Position numbers and translations under genes: made by a program | The notes under the pieces: model-generated | What the model was told of the DNA's origin: nothing | What the model saw: only the letters and a program-made list of their open reading frames with translations | Databases searched by the model: none | Shown here: positions 6,805 through 15,847 of the stretch, piece after piece | How positions within the stretch are numbered: position 1 is the first letter of the stretch | Layout of the letters: each line of letters opens with the position of its first letter | IMG/VR virus record: IMGVR_UViG_3300032095_000040 | Location: 1 to 48,116 of that record | Direction: 5' to 3' (one strand) | DNA: 48,116 nt | Source of the DNA: a virus | Lineage: Duplodnaviria; Caudoviricetes

Positions 6805-7815
6805 TCAGAACGTGTAGCTCGAAATGTAAATGGTGGCATTCATTGTCCCGGCCGTGGTCGTCGCCACGTAGTAGATCTTCTGCTGCTCGATGACGGGGAC
6901 ATACGAATAGGTACCGATTTGCGCGGCGCCAGCCTTGAGCGAAGTCTGGGTAATGTGCTTCAGCCCGATATTGCCCCCAGGCGCGCCTGCCACGAAGAGG
7001 TCGCCCGCCGTATCGACAGACGCCGACAGGCCACCATCACCCGACAGCGTTTTGGCATTGGGAGGCGCATAGGCGGCCACTGACAACGGCGTCAGCGCGG
7101 TCTGCTTGACCGTCGTCGACAACATCGCGTTGTACGTCGTGAACACTTCCCGATCGCGCTGATGCCCCAATGCCAATTGCCGAGTCGCATTGGTAGGCCA
7201 GACGCTCACAAGTGCGGATGCCTCGAACCCTGCTGGCATGTGGTCGCCGGTATAGACCTCAGGCTGGACCGCGGTGGTCGCATCCTTGCCTAGCAGCGCG
7301 CTCTCATCCGTAGTCGGATTGTGGATCGCATAGATCGCCACGAAACCCGACGCAGGCGCAAGGCCGGTATCCATGCCCCCCGCGCCTGTGATTCCCAGAT
7401 TGATCCCTTCGTTAAAGTTGGCGAGGCGATAGGCCGCTCCGTTCAGTCCGTCCTGAACGATCAGTTCATCAGCCGTGAAGGAAGCCGTTTGCGTGGCGTT
7501 GACGATGGACATCCGTCCGTTGCGCATCATCCCGACCACGCTCGCCGACAGCCGGGACACGCCGCGAGTTAGAGCATCGGTGGTAGCCGCCGTAAGGTCA
7601 AAACCGGCTCGCTCGGCCAGCTCCTTGATCTGAGCGAACAGCCACGCAGCCTTCTGGTCGCTGAGCTGCTGTACCTTGTTGAACTGCTCGACCGACGGCG
7701 GCGTGGCGCCGATGTACGCCCAGCCGGCCTTGTACTGGTTGTCCTCGATCGCCTCGACCTGGCCGGTCTGAGCCCACAGCGTCTCGAACTGGCTGAAGAA
7801 ATCCATCGCTGCCAT
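6805..7815 (-). CDS. tail fibre / receptor-binding protein
   Basis: N-terminal GW....PP..EQFN baseplate-attachment motif; GAGGMDTG and ASALVSVWPT; follows baseplate genes. Confidence 0.85.
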   Translation of the reverse strand: MAAMDFFSQFETLWAQTGQVEAIEDNQYKAGWAYIGATPPSVEQFNKVQQLSDQKAAWLFAQIKELAERAGFDLTAATTDALTRGVSRLSASVVGMMRNGRMSIVNATQTASFTADELIVQDGLNGAAYRLANFNEGINLGITGAGGMDTGLAPASGFVAIYAIHNPTTDESALLGKDATTAVQPEVYTGDHMPAGFEASALVSVWPTNATRQLALGHQRDREVFTTYNAMLSTTVKQTALTPLSVAAYAPPNAKTLSGDGGLSASVDTAGDLFVAGAPGGNIGLKHITQTSLKAGAAQIGTYSYVPVIEQQKIYYVATTTAGTMNATIYISSYTF

Positions 7816-8477
7816 CAAATACCCCTTGTCAATACGCCGACGCCAAATCCGTAGAAGCCCTGATTCAGGAAGCCAAACGGTGTTGGTGTCGAGCCGGTGA
7901 TGATCTTCACGCCCACGCCAGCCGCCTTCGGCACCCAGCGATACGGGTTGTTCATGAGCACGTCTGCCGGCCCAGGAATCTTGCTGACCCAGATCCGGAT
8001 CTTGGCGTTGCCGGCGTCTTCGACGATCACGCGCTCGACGTCGAAAATGGGCTTCAGCGCCGTGACGATCTCTGGGGCCGTGCCGTGGCCGTTGTTCAGC
8101 GCGATCTTCCAGTACAGGAGCTTCCGGTACTCCGGGTCCTGGAGCGTGGTCGATCCGACTAGCGCGTTCTCGTACGCGCGCCGGATGCGCGCCTGGCCGA
8201 AGCCGCCGATGGCCGGCTGGCCGACGAAGCCGAAGAAGGCCGTGAACAGCGCCTCGTCGATGACGCGCGACAGGCCGACGATCTCTCCGATGCCGTCGAG
8301 TTGCTTCCCGACTGCGGTGTCGAGCCAGCGCTCTTCGTACAGCGCCTTGAGCGCGCCCTGAATGCCGTCGGCCGGCTTGAGCAGCGCCTTGACCAGCGCT
8401 TCGAGTCGCGGCTTGCCGTCGAACTGGCTTAGCCAGTGTCCCCACGCAGTGCCAGCGTGATCCTGTGTCAGATCCAT
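7815..8477 (-). CDS. baseplate wedge protein (DUF2612-like)
   Basis: LDTAVGKQLDGIGEIVG motif; follows baseplate J. Confidence 0.85.
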   Translation of the reverse strand: MDLTQDHAGTAWGHWLSQFDGKPRLEALVKALLKPADGIQGALKALYEERWLDTAVGKQLDGIGEIVGLSRVIDEALFTAFFGFVGQPAIGGFGQARIRRAYENALVGSTTLQDPEYRKLLYWKIALNNGHGTAPEIVTALKPIFDVERVIVEDAGNAKIRIWVSKIPGPADVLMNNPYRWVPKAAGVGVKIITGSTPTPFGFLNQGFYGFGVGVLTRGI

Positions 8478-9928
8478 CAGGACACCTCGATGCGCGACAG
8501 GTCGAACTTCGCCACCTCGAAGTCGGCAATGGTGATGTTCGCCGGCGAGTAGTCGCCAGGCTGCGGGTCGAACGCCGGGTTGGTGGAGTGCGCGAACGTC
8601 AGATCGACATGCGCGATGCCGGGCGTCGCGTAGACCGCGCAGTAGAAGCGCTGCTGGACAACATCCTGACCGATGCCCAGCGCGTTGCCCGCGGCGGCGA
8701 TCGCCTGCGCGACCTGCGTGAAGCCGTCGGGCGGAAAGGCCTGCTCGGTCGCCGGCAGCAGCGTGATCAGCGCCCTCACCCAGACATAGACCGGCGCCGG
8801 CCGATCGAAGCGCACGATGTGCTTGTCGCCGTCGTCGGCGGTGACCTCGACCGCGATCGACCCGTACGTGTCGATGCCGGCTGCCTTCACCCGATAGATC
8901 GCGTCGCCGATCTCGTTGTCCAACCCGCCGTCGACCACCACGTGAATGCTGTGCGGCGGCCGGCCGACCGGGTCGGTGAAGTCCGTGTCGTTCTGGAAGT
9001 CCTTGATCGCCGTGATGCCGGCCACCCGGTCCCGGATGTTCGGGGCGATGCTGGGCTTCGTCGCGGCACCCAGGCGAAACAGACCGCTCGGATACCGCGC
9101 GCGCAGCTCGGCGTCGTTCTCGGCCAACCGGCCGACCACCGCGGCCTGCAGGTTGTTGACCGCGTCCCAGCCGGTGACCGTCGTGACAATGCCATTCAGG
9201 TCGCCCGGCGCGGCCGATTCGGCCATGGGCTCGATCGTCTCGGCCAGCACCGGGGAGCCGACGCTCGACAGCGTCAGCGGGCCGCCCAGCGTCACGGAGA
9301 AGGCCACCCGACCGTCGGAGACGATGCGCACCGACGCGCCGTCGCTGCTGACGGTATAGGGCGAGCTGCTGAGTGCGGCGACCAGGCCGGCCAGGATCTC
9401 AGCGATCGTGGCCGTGGCGTCCGACGTGTAGGTGTAGTCGGTACCGTCCAGCGTGATTCGGTAGAGCTGGTTCGCCACCACCGCCGGCACCACGACGACG
9501 TCCGCGGCCGCACCCGGCGTGATGGTCACGTCCGCCGCGAGCGCCCAGATCGTCTGCGTCGACCGATGCCGGATCTGGGAGCCGGCGGGCACCACAGTGC
9601 CCACGGGCCCGTAGCAGACCACATAGCAGCGAGACTTCTCCGCGTCGAGCCGGCCCACGCCGGTGAAGGAGACCGAGTTGTCCAGTGACGTACCGGAGGC
9701 TGACCCCGGATACATCGCCAGATAGACGCCCTCGGCCTGCTCCCACAACGCGGCCTCGCGCTCGGCGAAGGTGTCGATCAGGATGCCGGTGATCGAGTTC
9801 GGCCGCGTTTCGACCTCGCCCGTGAAGCCGGCATTGCGCAGCCGGTCGTTCAAGTCCTGCACGATCTCCTGACGGATTTCGGGCAGGCGCGGGCGCACGA
9901 ACCCCTCCGGGGTTACACCGTAGGCCAT
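8477..9928 (-). CDS. baseplate J/gp47-family protein
   Basis: MAYGVTPEGF, ASGTSLD, ENDAELRAR, PPHSI motifs. Confidence 0.9.
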   Translation of the reverse strand: MAYGVTPEGFVRPRLPEIRQEIVQDLNDRLRNAGFTGEVETRPNSITGILIDTFAEREAALWEQAEGVYLAMYPGSASGTSLDNSVSFTGVGRLDAEKSRCYVVCYGPVGTVVPAGSQIRHRSTQTIWALAADVTITPGAAADVVVVPAVVANQLYRITLDGTDYTYTSDATATIAEILAGLVAALSSSPYTVSSDGASVRIVSDGRVAFSVTLGGPLTLSSVGSPVLAETIEPMAESAAPGDLNGIVTTVTGWDAVNNLQAAVVGRLAENDAELRARYPSGLFRLGAATKPSIAPNIRDRVAGITAIKDFQNDTDFTDPVGRPPHSIHVVVDGGLDNEIGDAIYRVKAAGIDTYGSIAVEVTADDGDKHIVRFDRPAPVYVWVRALITLLPATEQAFPPDGFTQVAQAIAAAGNALGIGQDVVQQRFYCAVYATPGIAHVDLTFAHSTNPAFDPQPGDYSPANITIADFEVAKFDLSRIEVS

Positions 9929-9946
9929 GTCGGTAATTCCTTGTGC

Positions 9947-10309
9947 TTACAGAAGGTAGCGGCGGGCGATCAGCCCTTCGTCGCTGTCCACCTCGAAGTC
10001 GACTGCCAGCGCGCGGACTTGGTGGTCGATCTGCAGATCGATTCGCCGCACCAGACGGACGCCCGGCACCGCGGCGATGCGGGACCGAAAGATGGCTTCC
10101 AGCGCCGCGCGGTCCGGCGCCTTGATCAGTACCTGCTCGAGGTACGGCACGCCGACGGTCACGTCGAGGAACCACTCGCCGAGGAACGTCAGCAGCGTGA
10201 CCTTGATCTGCTGGGCGATGCGCTCGGCGCCGTCGATCAGCGAGGTATCGCCAGCCGGAGATAGGTCGAGGTCATGGCCGGAGGTCAGTGCGAGATCGAG
10301 GGCCATCAC
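9947..10309 (-). CDS. baseplate wedge / sheath initiator
   Basis: QQIKVTLLTFLGEWFLDVTVGVPY motif. Confidence 0.8.
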   Translation of the reverse strand: MMALDLALTSGHDLDLSPAGDTSLIDGAERIAQQIKVTLLTFLGEWFLDVTVGVPYLEQVLIKAPDRAALEAIFRSRIAAVPGVRLVRRIDLQIDHQVRALAVDFEVDSDEGLIARRYLL

Positions 10310-10995
10310 TGCTCCGGTGTCGACGTCTTGCCGCCGATGCTGTCGGTATGGCGGTGGCCATCCTGGACGATGCTGGTGGAGCGGATCGTGCCGCCGGTGT
10401 GGTCGATATCCCCGGTGATGGTCGTGCGGCCAGCGCCGCCCGCCCCTGCGAGACCCTGCATGTATGTCAGCAGCTTCTCCATGGTCACCTCCTGCTTGAA
10501 CACAGTCACCATGTCCACCGTGAACGTCCCGGGCCCGACGAGCGTCGCATCGCCCGCCGGTGACAGTTTCAGGGAGCAGGCGCCGTACTGCACGCTCACG
10601 TTGACCGTGTCGGCCGCGGCAGCGCCCGGTCGCATGACCGGCGTCGCGAAGGCGTCGGACAGGTCGAACTGCCGCGGATCATCCGGCGGCCCATCCGAGC
10701 CCGAGAGCCAGTTCTCCAACGCGCGCTCGGAAAAGGACAGCTTCACCGGGTCGCCCGGCTTAAGTGGCACCGAGATGAGCGCCACCGCCCCGCCCACGTC
10801 GCCAATCGGCCAGCAAACCGGCACCTGCACGATCTGCGGGGCGTCCAGCACTTGGCCGCTGGCCAGTTGCTTCGGCAGCGCCGGTCGCACCACCGCCGTC
10901 CGGCCGTCGTAGCTCACGATCACGCCCGGCAAGGTCGTATGGACCTCGGATAGCTCGGTCGCGATCAGCCGGCGCAGTTCGGTGATGTCCATCAT
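10306..10995 (-). CDS. baseplate spike (Gp138-like)
   Basis: HTTLPG, VPV.WP, PGD.V..FSER, FDLSDA; C-terminal HxH metal tip (GHRH). Confidence 0.88.
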   Translation of the reverse strand: MMDITELRRLIATELSEVHTTLPGVIVSYDGRTAVVRPALPKQLASGQVLDAPQIVQVPVCWPIGDVGGAVALISVPLKPGDPVKLSFSERALENWLSGSDGPPDDPRQFDLSDAFATPVMRPGAAAADTVNVSVQYGACSLKLSPAGDATLVGPGTFTVDMVTVFKQEVTMEKLLTYMQGLAGAGGAGRTTITGDIDHTGGTIRSTSIVQDGHRHTDSIGGKTSTPEQ

Positions 10996-11906
10996 TTCTT
11001 CTTCGGTTTGACAGGCGCCTTGCGATCGACCAGATGCAGCTCGGTCTGCCAGTCGCCGCCTTCAGAGTCGCCGGTGTGCTTGACGTTCTCGGCCCGGTAG
11101 AAGCCCTCGGCCGAACGGCTCTCCAGCTTGACCAGGTCGCCCGGGTTGACCTGCGGCAGCAGCAGCGATCGCACGCGCCAGCCGTCGCGCTGCTGCTCGG
11201 CGCTGACGAGGTTGGCGCGGTTGCCGGTCCGCTCGTCCTTGACCCTCGCCTTCTCGCGCGCGCCCTCGCGGGTGCGCTCCGGGTAGCCGATCAGGCCCGA
11301 GTCTGCGGCCAGCACCACCGCCTGCCGCAGTGTCGTGCCGCGCTTGGGCACCACCTGCAGTGTCTGGTTCTGGATCGACCATTCCAGGCCAGTTCCCTGC
11401 ACCACCTTGTGCAGCGCCTGGCGCGCCGGCCCGTAGAACGAGAAGCCGTTCTGCCAGGCGCGGTCCGGCACGTCCCTCGCCATTACCAGCGGCAGGCCCA
11501 TCTGCTTGGCGATGTCCGTGATGATGGTTCGAGCCGTGGCGCCGGGCCCATAGCCGAGGGATACCGCGGTGTCGCGGATCTCGACGTAGCCGTCTCGCAC
11601 CTCGAGCTCGGTCACCACGTCCGGTCCATCGAAGTAGCTGTAGGCGAAGGTGATGGCGCCGGCAGCCAGCAGGATCGGGCCATCCTCTTCGCCGTACCCG
11701 GCATACAGCACGCAGCGTAAGTCCGGCTCCTCGATGCCTTTGCGCGTGGCCGGCGCCAGGTTGAAGAAGCGGATCTTGTGCGGGTTCGGCTGCTCGCTGG
11801 CGTCCTTTTCGACGTCGAAGGTAATGCGGATCGGCGGCCGGATCTCGATGCCGGGCCGGCCGGCATGGCCGATCAGCGCGCGGTAGACCCTATTGAAGCG
11901 TGCCAT
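10992..11906 (-). CDS. baseplate hub protein
   Basis: ITFDVEK...PN..I..NL, L.AGY, WSIQN, GLIGYP; position. Confidence 0.8.
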   Translation of the reverse strand: MARFNRVYRALIGHAGRPGIEIRPPIRITFDVEKDASEQPNPHKIRFFNLAPATRKGIEEPDLRCVLYAGYGEEDGPILLAAGAITFAYSYFDGPDVVTELEVRDGYVEIRDTAVSLGYGPGATARTIITDIAKQMGLPLVMARDVPDRAWQNGFSFYGPARQALHKVVQGTGLEWSIQNQTLQVVPKRGTTLRQAVVLAADSGLIGYPERTREGAREKARVKDERTGNRANLVSAEQQRDGWRVRSLLLPQVNPGDLVKLESRSAEGFYRAENVKHTGDSEGGDWQTELHLVDRKAPVKPKKK

Positions 11907-12225
11907 TGGCCAATTCCTCCGCCTCGACGTAGATCAGCGCCACGTCGCCGGACGGTAAGGCCTCGCGGCTGATGTTGTCTCGCCGATCCGGCGCCAGCGC
12001 GACCAGCTCGCCGGCCGGCACCAGCAGATGCCGGTAGCGGTCCAGCAACGGTGTGTCGGGCACCACGGCGATCCCGCTGATGATCACCTCGTTGTAGGCG
12101 TTCTCGATCGCGAGCGTCCACAGCTCCGCCTCGCTGTTCCACGACAGATGCAGGAAGAAGGTTTCGCCGTCCAGCACAACCTCGGTCAGGCTGTCGTTCG
12201 CGTCGAGCACCGGGATCTTGATCAT
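11890..12225 (-). CDS. baseplate plug-like protein
   Basis: MIKIPVLDAND...L.WN....W.L; overlapping start/stop with neighbours. Confidence 0.75.
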   Translation of the reverse strand: MIKIPVLDANDSLTEVVLDGETFFLHLSWNSEAELWTLAIENAYNEVIISGIAVVPDTPLLDRYRHLLVPAGELVALAPDRRDNISREALPSGDVALIYVEAEELANGTLQ

Positions 12226-12806
12226 CAGCGTCCCCAGTTCACGTTGCTGGAGAGCCGGGAGCGCTCCTGCGCCGTCGGCTGCGTGCCGCTCACCTTGCCG
12301 GCCTTCGTCTTGGTCGCGCCGGCCTTGCCCTTTGCGCGTCCGCCTGAGGCCGATGCGGAGACCTTGTCGGGTGGGATCTCCGCCGTGCGAAGCGTCGCCT
12401 TGCGGATGCGCTTGAACTCGCAGGCAAGATGCAGGAACTCGCCCTTCCCGTCCCGGCTGACCTTGCAGGTCTCCATCACCATGTCGGGATAGGTGTCCAG
12501 GCCCGTCACGACCGTCGTGGCCACGCGCTCCGCGTGCATGGCGCGCAGGGCATCCTTTGCCGTGATCAGCTTGCTGCGGCCGCCGGCTCCGAACAGTTCC
12601 GTATCGGCCGCCGTGACCCACCCCGACAGGGACAGGCGCTCCGACTCCTGGACGATGTGGTCGGAGATCGGCGCGCCATCTTCGACGGCGTATTCGGTGG
12701 CGCGGCTGTTGAGCTCCGTGCTTTCGTCGAGCAGCGCGTCGAGAGTGATCGCGCCGATGCTGCTCCTGGCGGTGCCGAGCGAGAACACGAGGGACACAAA
12801 GCTCAT
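12225..12806 (-). CDS. Dit-like tail tube initiator
   Basis: LDALLDE..E...ATEYAVEDGA.ISDH motif after tape measure. Confidence 0.8.
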   Translation of the reverse strand: MSFVSLVFSLGTARSSIGAITLDALLDESTELNSRATEYAVEDGAPISDHIVQESERLSLSGWVTAADTELFGAGGRSKLITAKDALRAMHAERVATTVVTGLDTYPDMVMETCKVSRDGKGEFLHLACEFKRIRKATLRTAEIPPDKVSASASGGRAKGKAGATKTKAGKVSGTQPTAQERSRLSSNVNWGR

Positions 12807-14755
12807 GGCATGGCCTCCACCATCGGCACCGCGACGCCTGCGGTACTGGCGCGCGCGCCGGCCAGCGCGCCCGACACGCCGCGCTGCGTCGCCGCGGCAA
12901 CGGTGGCCGGGTTGGCGTTCGGCGCGTTGACCGTGACCCCACCGACGTTGTTCTGCACGGTGACGGATGCCGTCGTGGCGCCGGCGCGCTGCACGTCGGC
13001 TGCGCCGACACCGAGCACGTTCCGGCCCACCCACGAAGCTCCCGTCTTGAGCCAGTCCGGCGCCAGGTTGCTGAACATGGACTTCGCTTCTTCCAGCTTG
13101 CCGGTGATCCAGGTGGTGATGGACTGGCCGATGCCCTTGATCCAGGCGACGATCGAGTCGTAGGCCGCGCCGGCGCCAGCCGTGATGCTGTCCCAGGCGT
13201 CAGCGCCCCACTTCTTGATGTCGTCCCAGTGCTTGTAGATGGCGACGCCGGCGGCGGCTACTGCCGCGACGACGGCCGCAACCAGCAACGCCGGCCACCC
13301 CACAACGGCGGCCAAGCCGGCCACCAGCATCCACGCCAGGCGCAGCACGAGGCCGAAGCTGCGGCCGAGGAAGAGCAGGCCTTTTCCCAGCGTGGACACC
13401 AGTTGCAGCACCTGGAACAACGGCCCGCTGAGGCCCAGGATCAGCACGCCGATCGTGCCCCACTTGCGCAGCCATGGGCCCAGCTCGTCATTGAGACCGC
13501 CGAGCTGGTCCTTGATCCACGCCAGACCATCGCGGATCCGGTCGATCCACTCCTGCCATTCCTCGACGCGCCCGATCAGGCCACCGGTGACCGACACGCC
13601 ACCGCGCAGCCAGACGAGGATGTCCTCGCCGATCAGGTAGAGGCTTGTCAGCAGCGCCGCCATCCGGAGGTACGGCCAAAGCGCGGCCAACGACAGCGCG
13701 CGCAGCCGAACCATGGCGGCCTGCAGCAGCGTCGCCGACTGGGTCGCGCTGACCAGCGCCGCGCGCAGGCGCACGAGGCCCCAGGACGCGCCAATCAGGC
13801 CGATGACCACGAGGACCGAGCGCAGATTGCGCGCCACCAGCGCAACGGCGCCGGCGAAGGTCTCCGCCGCGCCGGTGGCCTTGTTGAAGCTGGCGATCTC
13901 GCGGCCAAGGGCGTTCTTGAGCACGACCATCGCGCCGCCGAAGGTCTTCGGCATGCGCTCGAATTCGGCGTTGATCTTGTCGGCCTGCTTGAGCAGCCCC
14001 TCGGCCAGTTGCTTGCTGGTCAGCTTGCCGGCTTTGCCCAGGTCGCGTAGCTCCCCGACCCGGACGCCGAAGGCCTCGGCGATGGCTTCAGCCAGGCGCG
14101 GCGCCTGCTCGATGATCGAGTTCAGCTCGTCGCCACGCAGCGACCCCGACCCCAGCGCCTGGCCGAGCTGCATCAGCGCTGCCTGCTGCGAGCCGGTGTC
14201 GCCGCCACCGATCGTCATCGTCTTGGCGATGATCTCGGTCAGGCCGAGCGACTGGCGCAGCTCCAGACCGAGATCCTTGGCGTTGCGCTGCACCTTCTGG
14301 AACAGGTCGCCGGTGGCGGCGTATTCCTGCCGTGCGCGCTGCGCGATGGCGTAGATCTCCTCCAGCGCGGTCTTCTGCTCTTGAACGCTGTTGGTGGCCA
14401 GTCCGACGCGGCCCTCGACGCTCGCCCATTCGTCGGCAATGCGCGCGGACGAGATGACAGACACACCCGCTAGGAGGGTGCGCACCGCGCCGGCGATCGC
14501 ACGGTATCCGGTACCCATCTGCTCGACCTGGCGGACGCCTTGCGCCTGAGCGGCATTCAGCGCGCGCTGGCCGGCCATCACTTCGCCGATGCCCTGGCGG
14601 ACGCCATCGACGAACCCGAGGCCAAAGTCGCGGACATTGCGAACGCCGGCGCCGATCTTGCCGAGCGCGGTGCGGTAGGCCTCCTGGTACCGACGCAGAC
14701 CGGAGTTGTCCACCTGGTACCGCAGCACGGTCACCAGTTCGCGGATCGCATTCAT
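12803..14755 (-). CDS. tape measure protein
   Basis: QLGQALGSGSLRGDELNSIIEQAP, hydrophobic segments, W-periodic repeats. Confidence 0.92.
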   Translation of the reverse strand: MNAIRELVTVLRYQVDNSGLRRYQEAYRTALGKIGAGVRNVRDFGLGFVDGVRQGIGEVMAGQRALNAAQAQGVRQVEQMGTGYRAIAGAVRTLLAGVSVISSARIADEWASVEGRVGLATNSVQEQKTALEEIYAIAQRARQEYAATGDLFQKVQRNAKDLGLELRQSLGLTEIIAKTMTIGGGDTGSQQAALMQLGQALGSGSLRGDELNSIIEQAPRLAEAIAEAFGVRVGELRDLGKAGKLTSKQLAEGLLKQADKINAEFERMPKTFGGAMVVLKNALGREIASFNKATGAAETFAGAVALVARNLRSVLVVIGLIGASWGLVRLRAALVSATQSATLLQAAMVRLRALSLAALWPYLRMAALLTSLYLIGEDILVWLRGGVSVTGGLIGRVEEWQEWIDRIRDGLAWIKDQLGGLNDELGPWLRKWGTIGVLILGLSGPLFQVLQLVSTLGKGLLFLGRSFGLVLRLAWMLVAGLAAVVGWPALLVAAVVAAVAAAGVAIYKHWDDIKKWGADAWDSITAGAGAAYDSIVAWIKGIGQSITTWITGKLEEAKSMFSNLAPDWLKTGASWVGRNVLGVGAADVQRAGATTASVTVQNNVGGVTVNAPNANPATVAAATQRGVSGALAGARASTAGVAVPMVEAMP

Positions 14756-15000
14756 GGCTTACCTTTCGTCTTCTTTGCCGCTCGCTCCTGTGCGGCTTCC
14801 TGCGCGTCCATTAGCGCGTTCAGCTTCAGGAGGTCGGCCAGGTCAACCGCGCCGGCTCGGATCTCGCCCAGATTGACGTGCCCCGCCATGACGGGGCGCC
14901 AGATCACGAGCTCGCGTTCGAAGTCGGGCCGGAACCGCCCGACAGCTTCGCCGCGAGACCTTGGACCGGTCCAATACGGCCGGCCCAGCGCAGAAAAAAA
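14752..15000 (-). CDS. -1 frameshift extension of the tail assembly chaperone (gpGT-like)
   Basis: T7 slippery run at 14994-15000; the -1 frame is open (...IWRPVMAGHV...DLADLLKLNALMD...) to a TGA overlapping the tape-measure ATG. Confidence 0.75.
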   Translation of the reverse strand, partial: FFSALGRPYWTGPRSRGEAVGRFRPDFERELVIWRPVMAGHVNLGEIRAGAVDLADLLKLNALMDAQEAAQERAAKKTKGKP

Positions 15001-15407
15001 TCCGCGAAGTTGTGCCGGATGATGTGGAACATCAGTTCGAGGATGTCGCCGGCGTCGCGGAACGCGAGTGCGCGCATCTCCTTGGTCAGCTTGGATTCGC
15101 GACCGTTGAGCGACACGGCGACGAACTCGGGATCGAACAGGCGGTTGGCCCAGGCCGCCAGCGCGTCGCCATCCAGCTTGCCGGACAGCTCGCGAATGGC
15201 TTCGGCCACGGCAGCGTCGGCTTTGGCGTCAGCTTTCGCCTTGGCTTCGCCGCCCTTGTCGTCAGCGAACACGCCTTCGAGCAGATGGCCGACGGCCGGC
15301 AGGATGTCCCGCTGCAAGTCGCCGAAGATCTGCAGGGCGACGAACGGGTCGATCTTGCGGATGATGAACTCGGCGTCGCCGATCGTGACGTTCAGGATGC
15401 GGTTCAT
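14904..15407 (-). CDS. tail assembly chaperone (gpG-like)
   Basis: between tube and tape measure; ends NFADFF over the slippery site. Confidence 0.8.
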   Translation of the reverse strand: MNRILNVTIGDAEFIIRKIDPFVALQIFGDLQRDILPAVGHLLEGVFADDKGGEAKAKADAKADAAVAEAIRELSGKLDGDALAAWANRLFDPEFVAVSLNGRESKLTKEMRALAFRDAGDILELMFHIIRHNFADFFLRWAGRIGPVQGLAAKLSGGSGPTSNASS

Positions 15408-15835
15408 CAGCTGTTACCCCCAACGAAGTACGTGCTGCTGCCGGTCTCGATGATCCATTCGCGGGTTCCAACTTCGGCCGCGAACTCGGCGGGCGGGCTC
15501 TTCACCACCCAGGCCTCGGACGAGTTGAACACGGTGCGGCCGCGCAAGTCGGCTACGGCGATCGGGAAGATGCCGCCGCCCCCGCTCAGGCGGTCGGCGG
15601 CCAACAGCGCGGACAGCACGTCGTTGCCGGCGCTGGTCTGCTGCAGCGTGATGGTGACCCGGCAGCGCCGGTCGCTCGACATCGCGCGCGCGACTTCGCC
15701 GTCGGCTCCGACAGTCGAGGTGACGCCGTCGCCGATCTCCTCGATGTTGATGAAGGTGTCCTCGGCCAGGCCGCTCAGCGTGGCCGCCGCGACAGTGACG
15801 ATGACCCGCGCGGGGTCGTAGGTGTGGACGGTCAT
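15407..15835 (-). CDS. tail tube protein (DUF3277-like)
   Basis: TYDP, VGADGE, ITLQQTS.GN..L, REW motifs. Confidence 0.87.
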   Translation of the reverse strand: MTVHTYDPARVIVTVAAATLSGLAEDTFINIEEIGDGVTSTVGADGEVARAMSSDRRCRVTITLQQTSAGNDVLSALLAADRLSGGGGIFPIAVADLRGRTVFNSSEAWVVKSPPAEFAAEVGTREWIIETGSSTYFVGGNS

Positions 15836-15847
15836 AAGCGACTCCGA

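Noticed and set aside
6805-7815. Diversity-generating retroelement or invertible fibre cassette
   Set aside because: No reverse transcriptase, invertase, template repeat or second fibre end in the window
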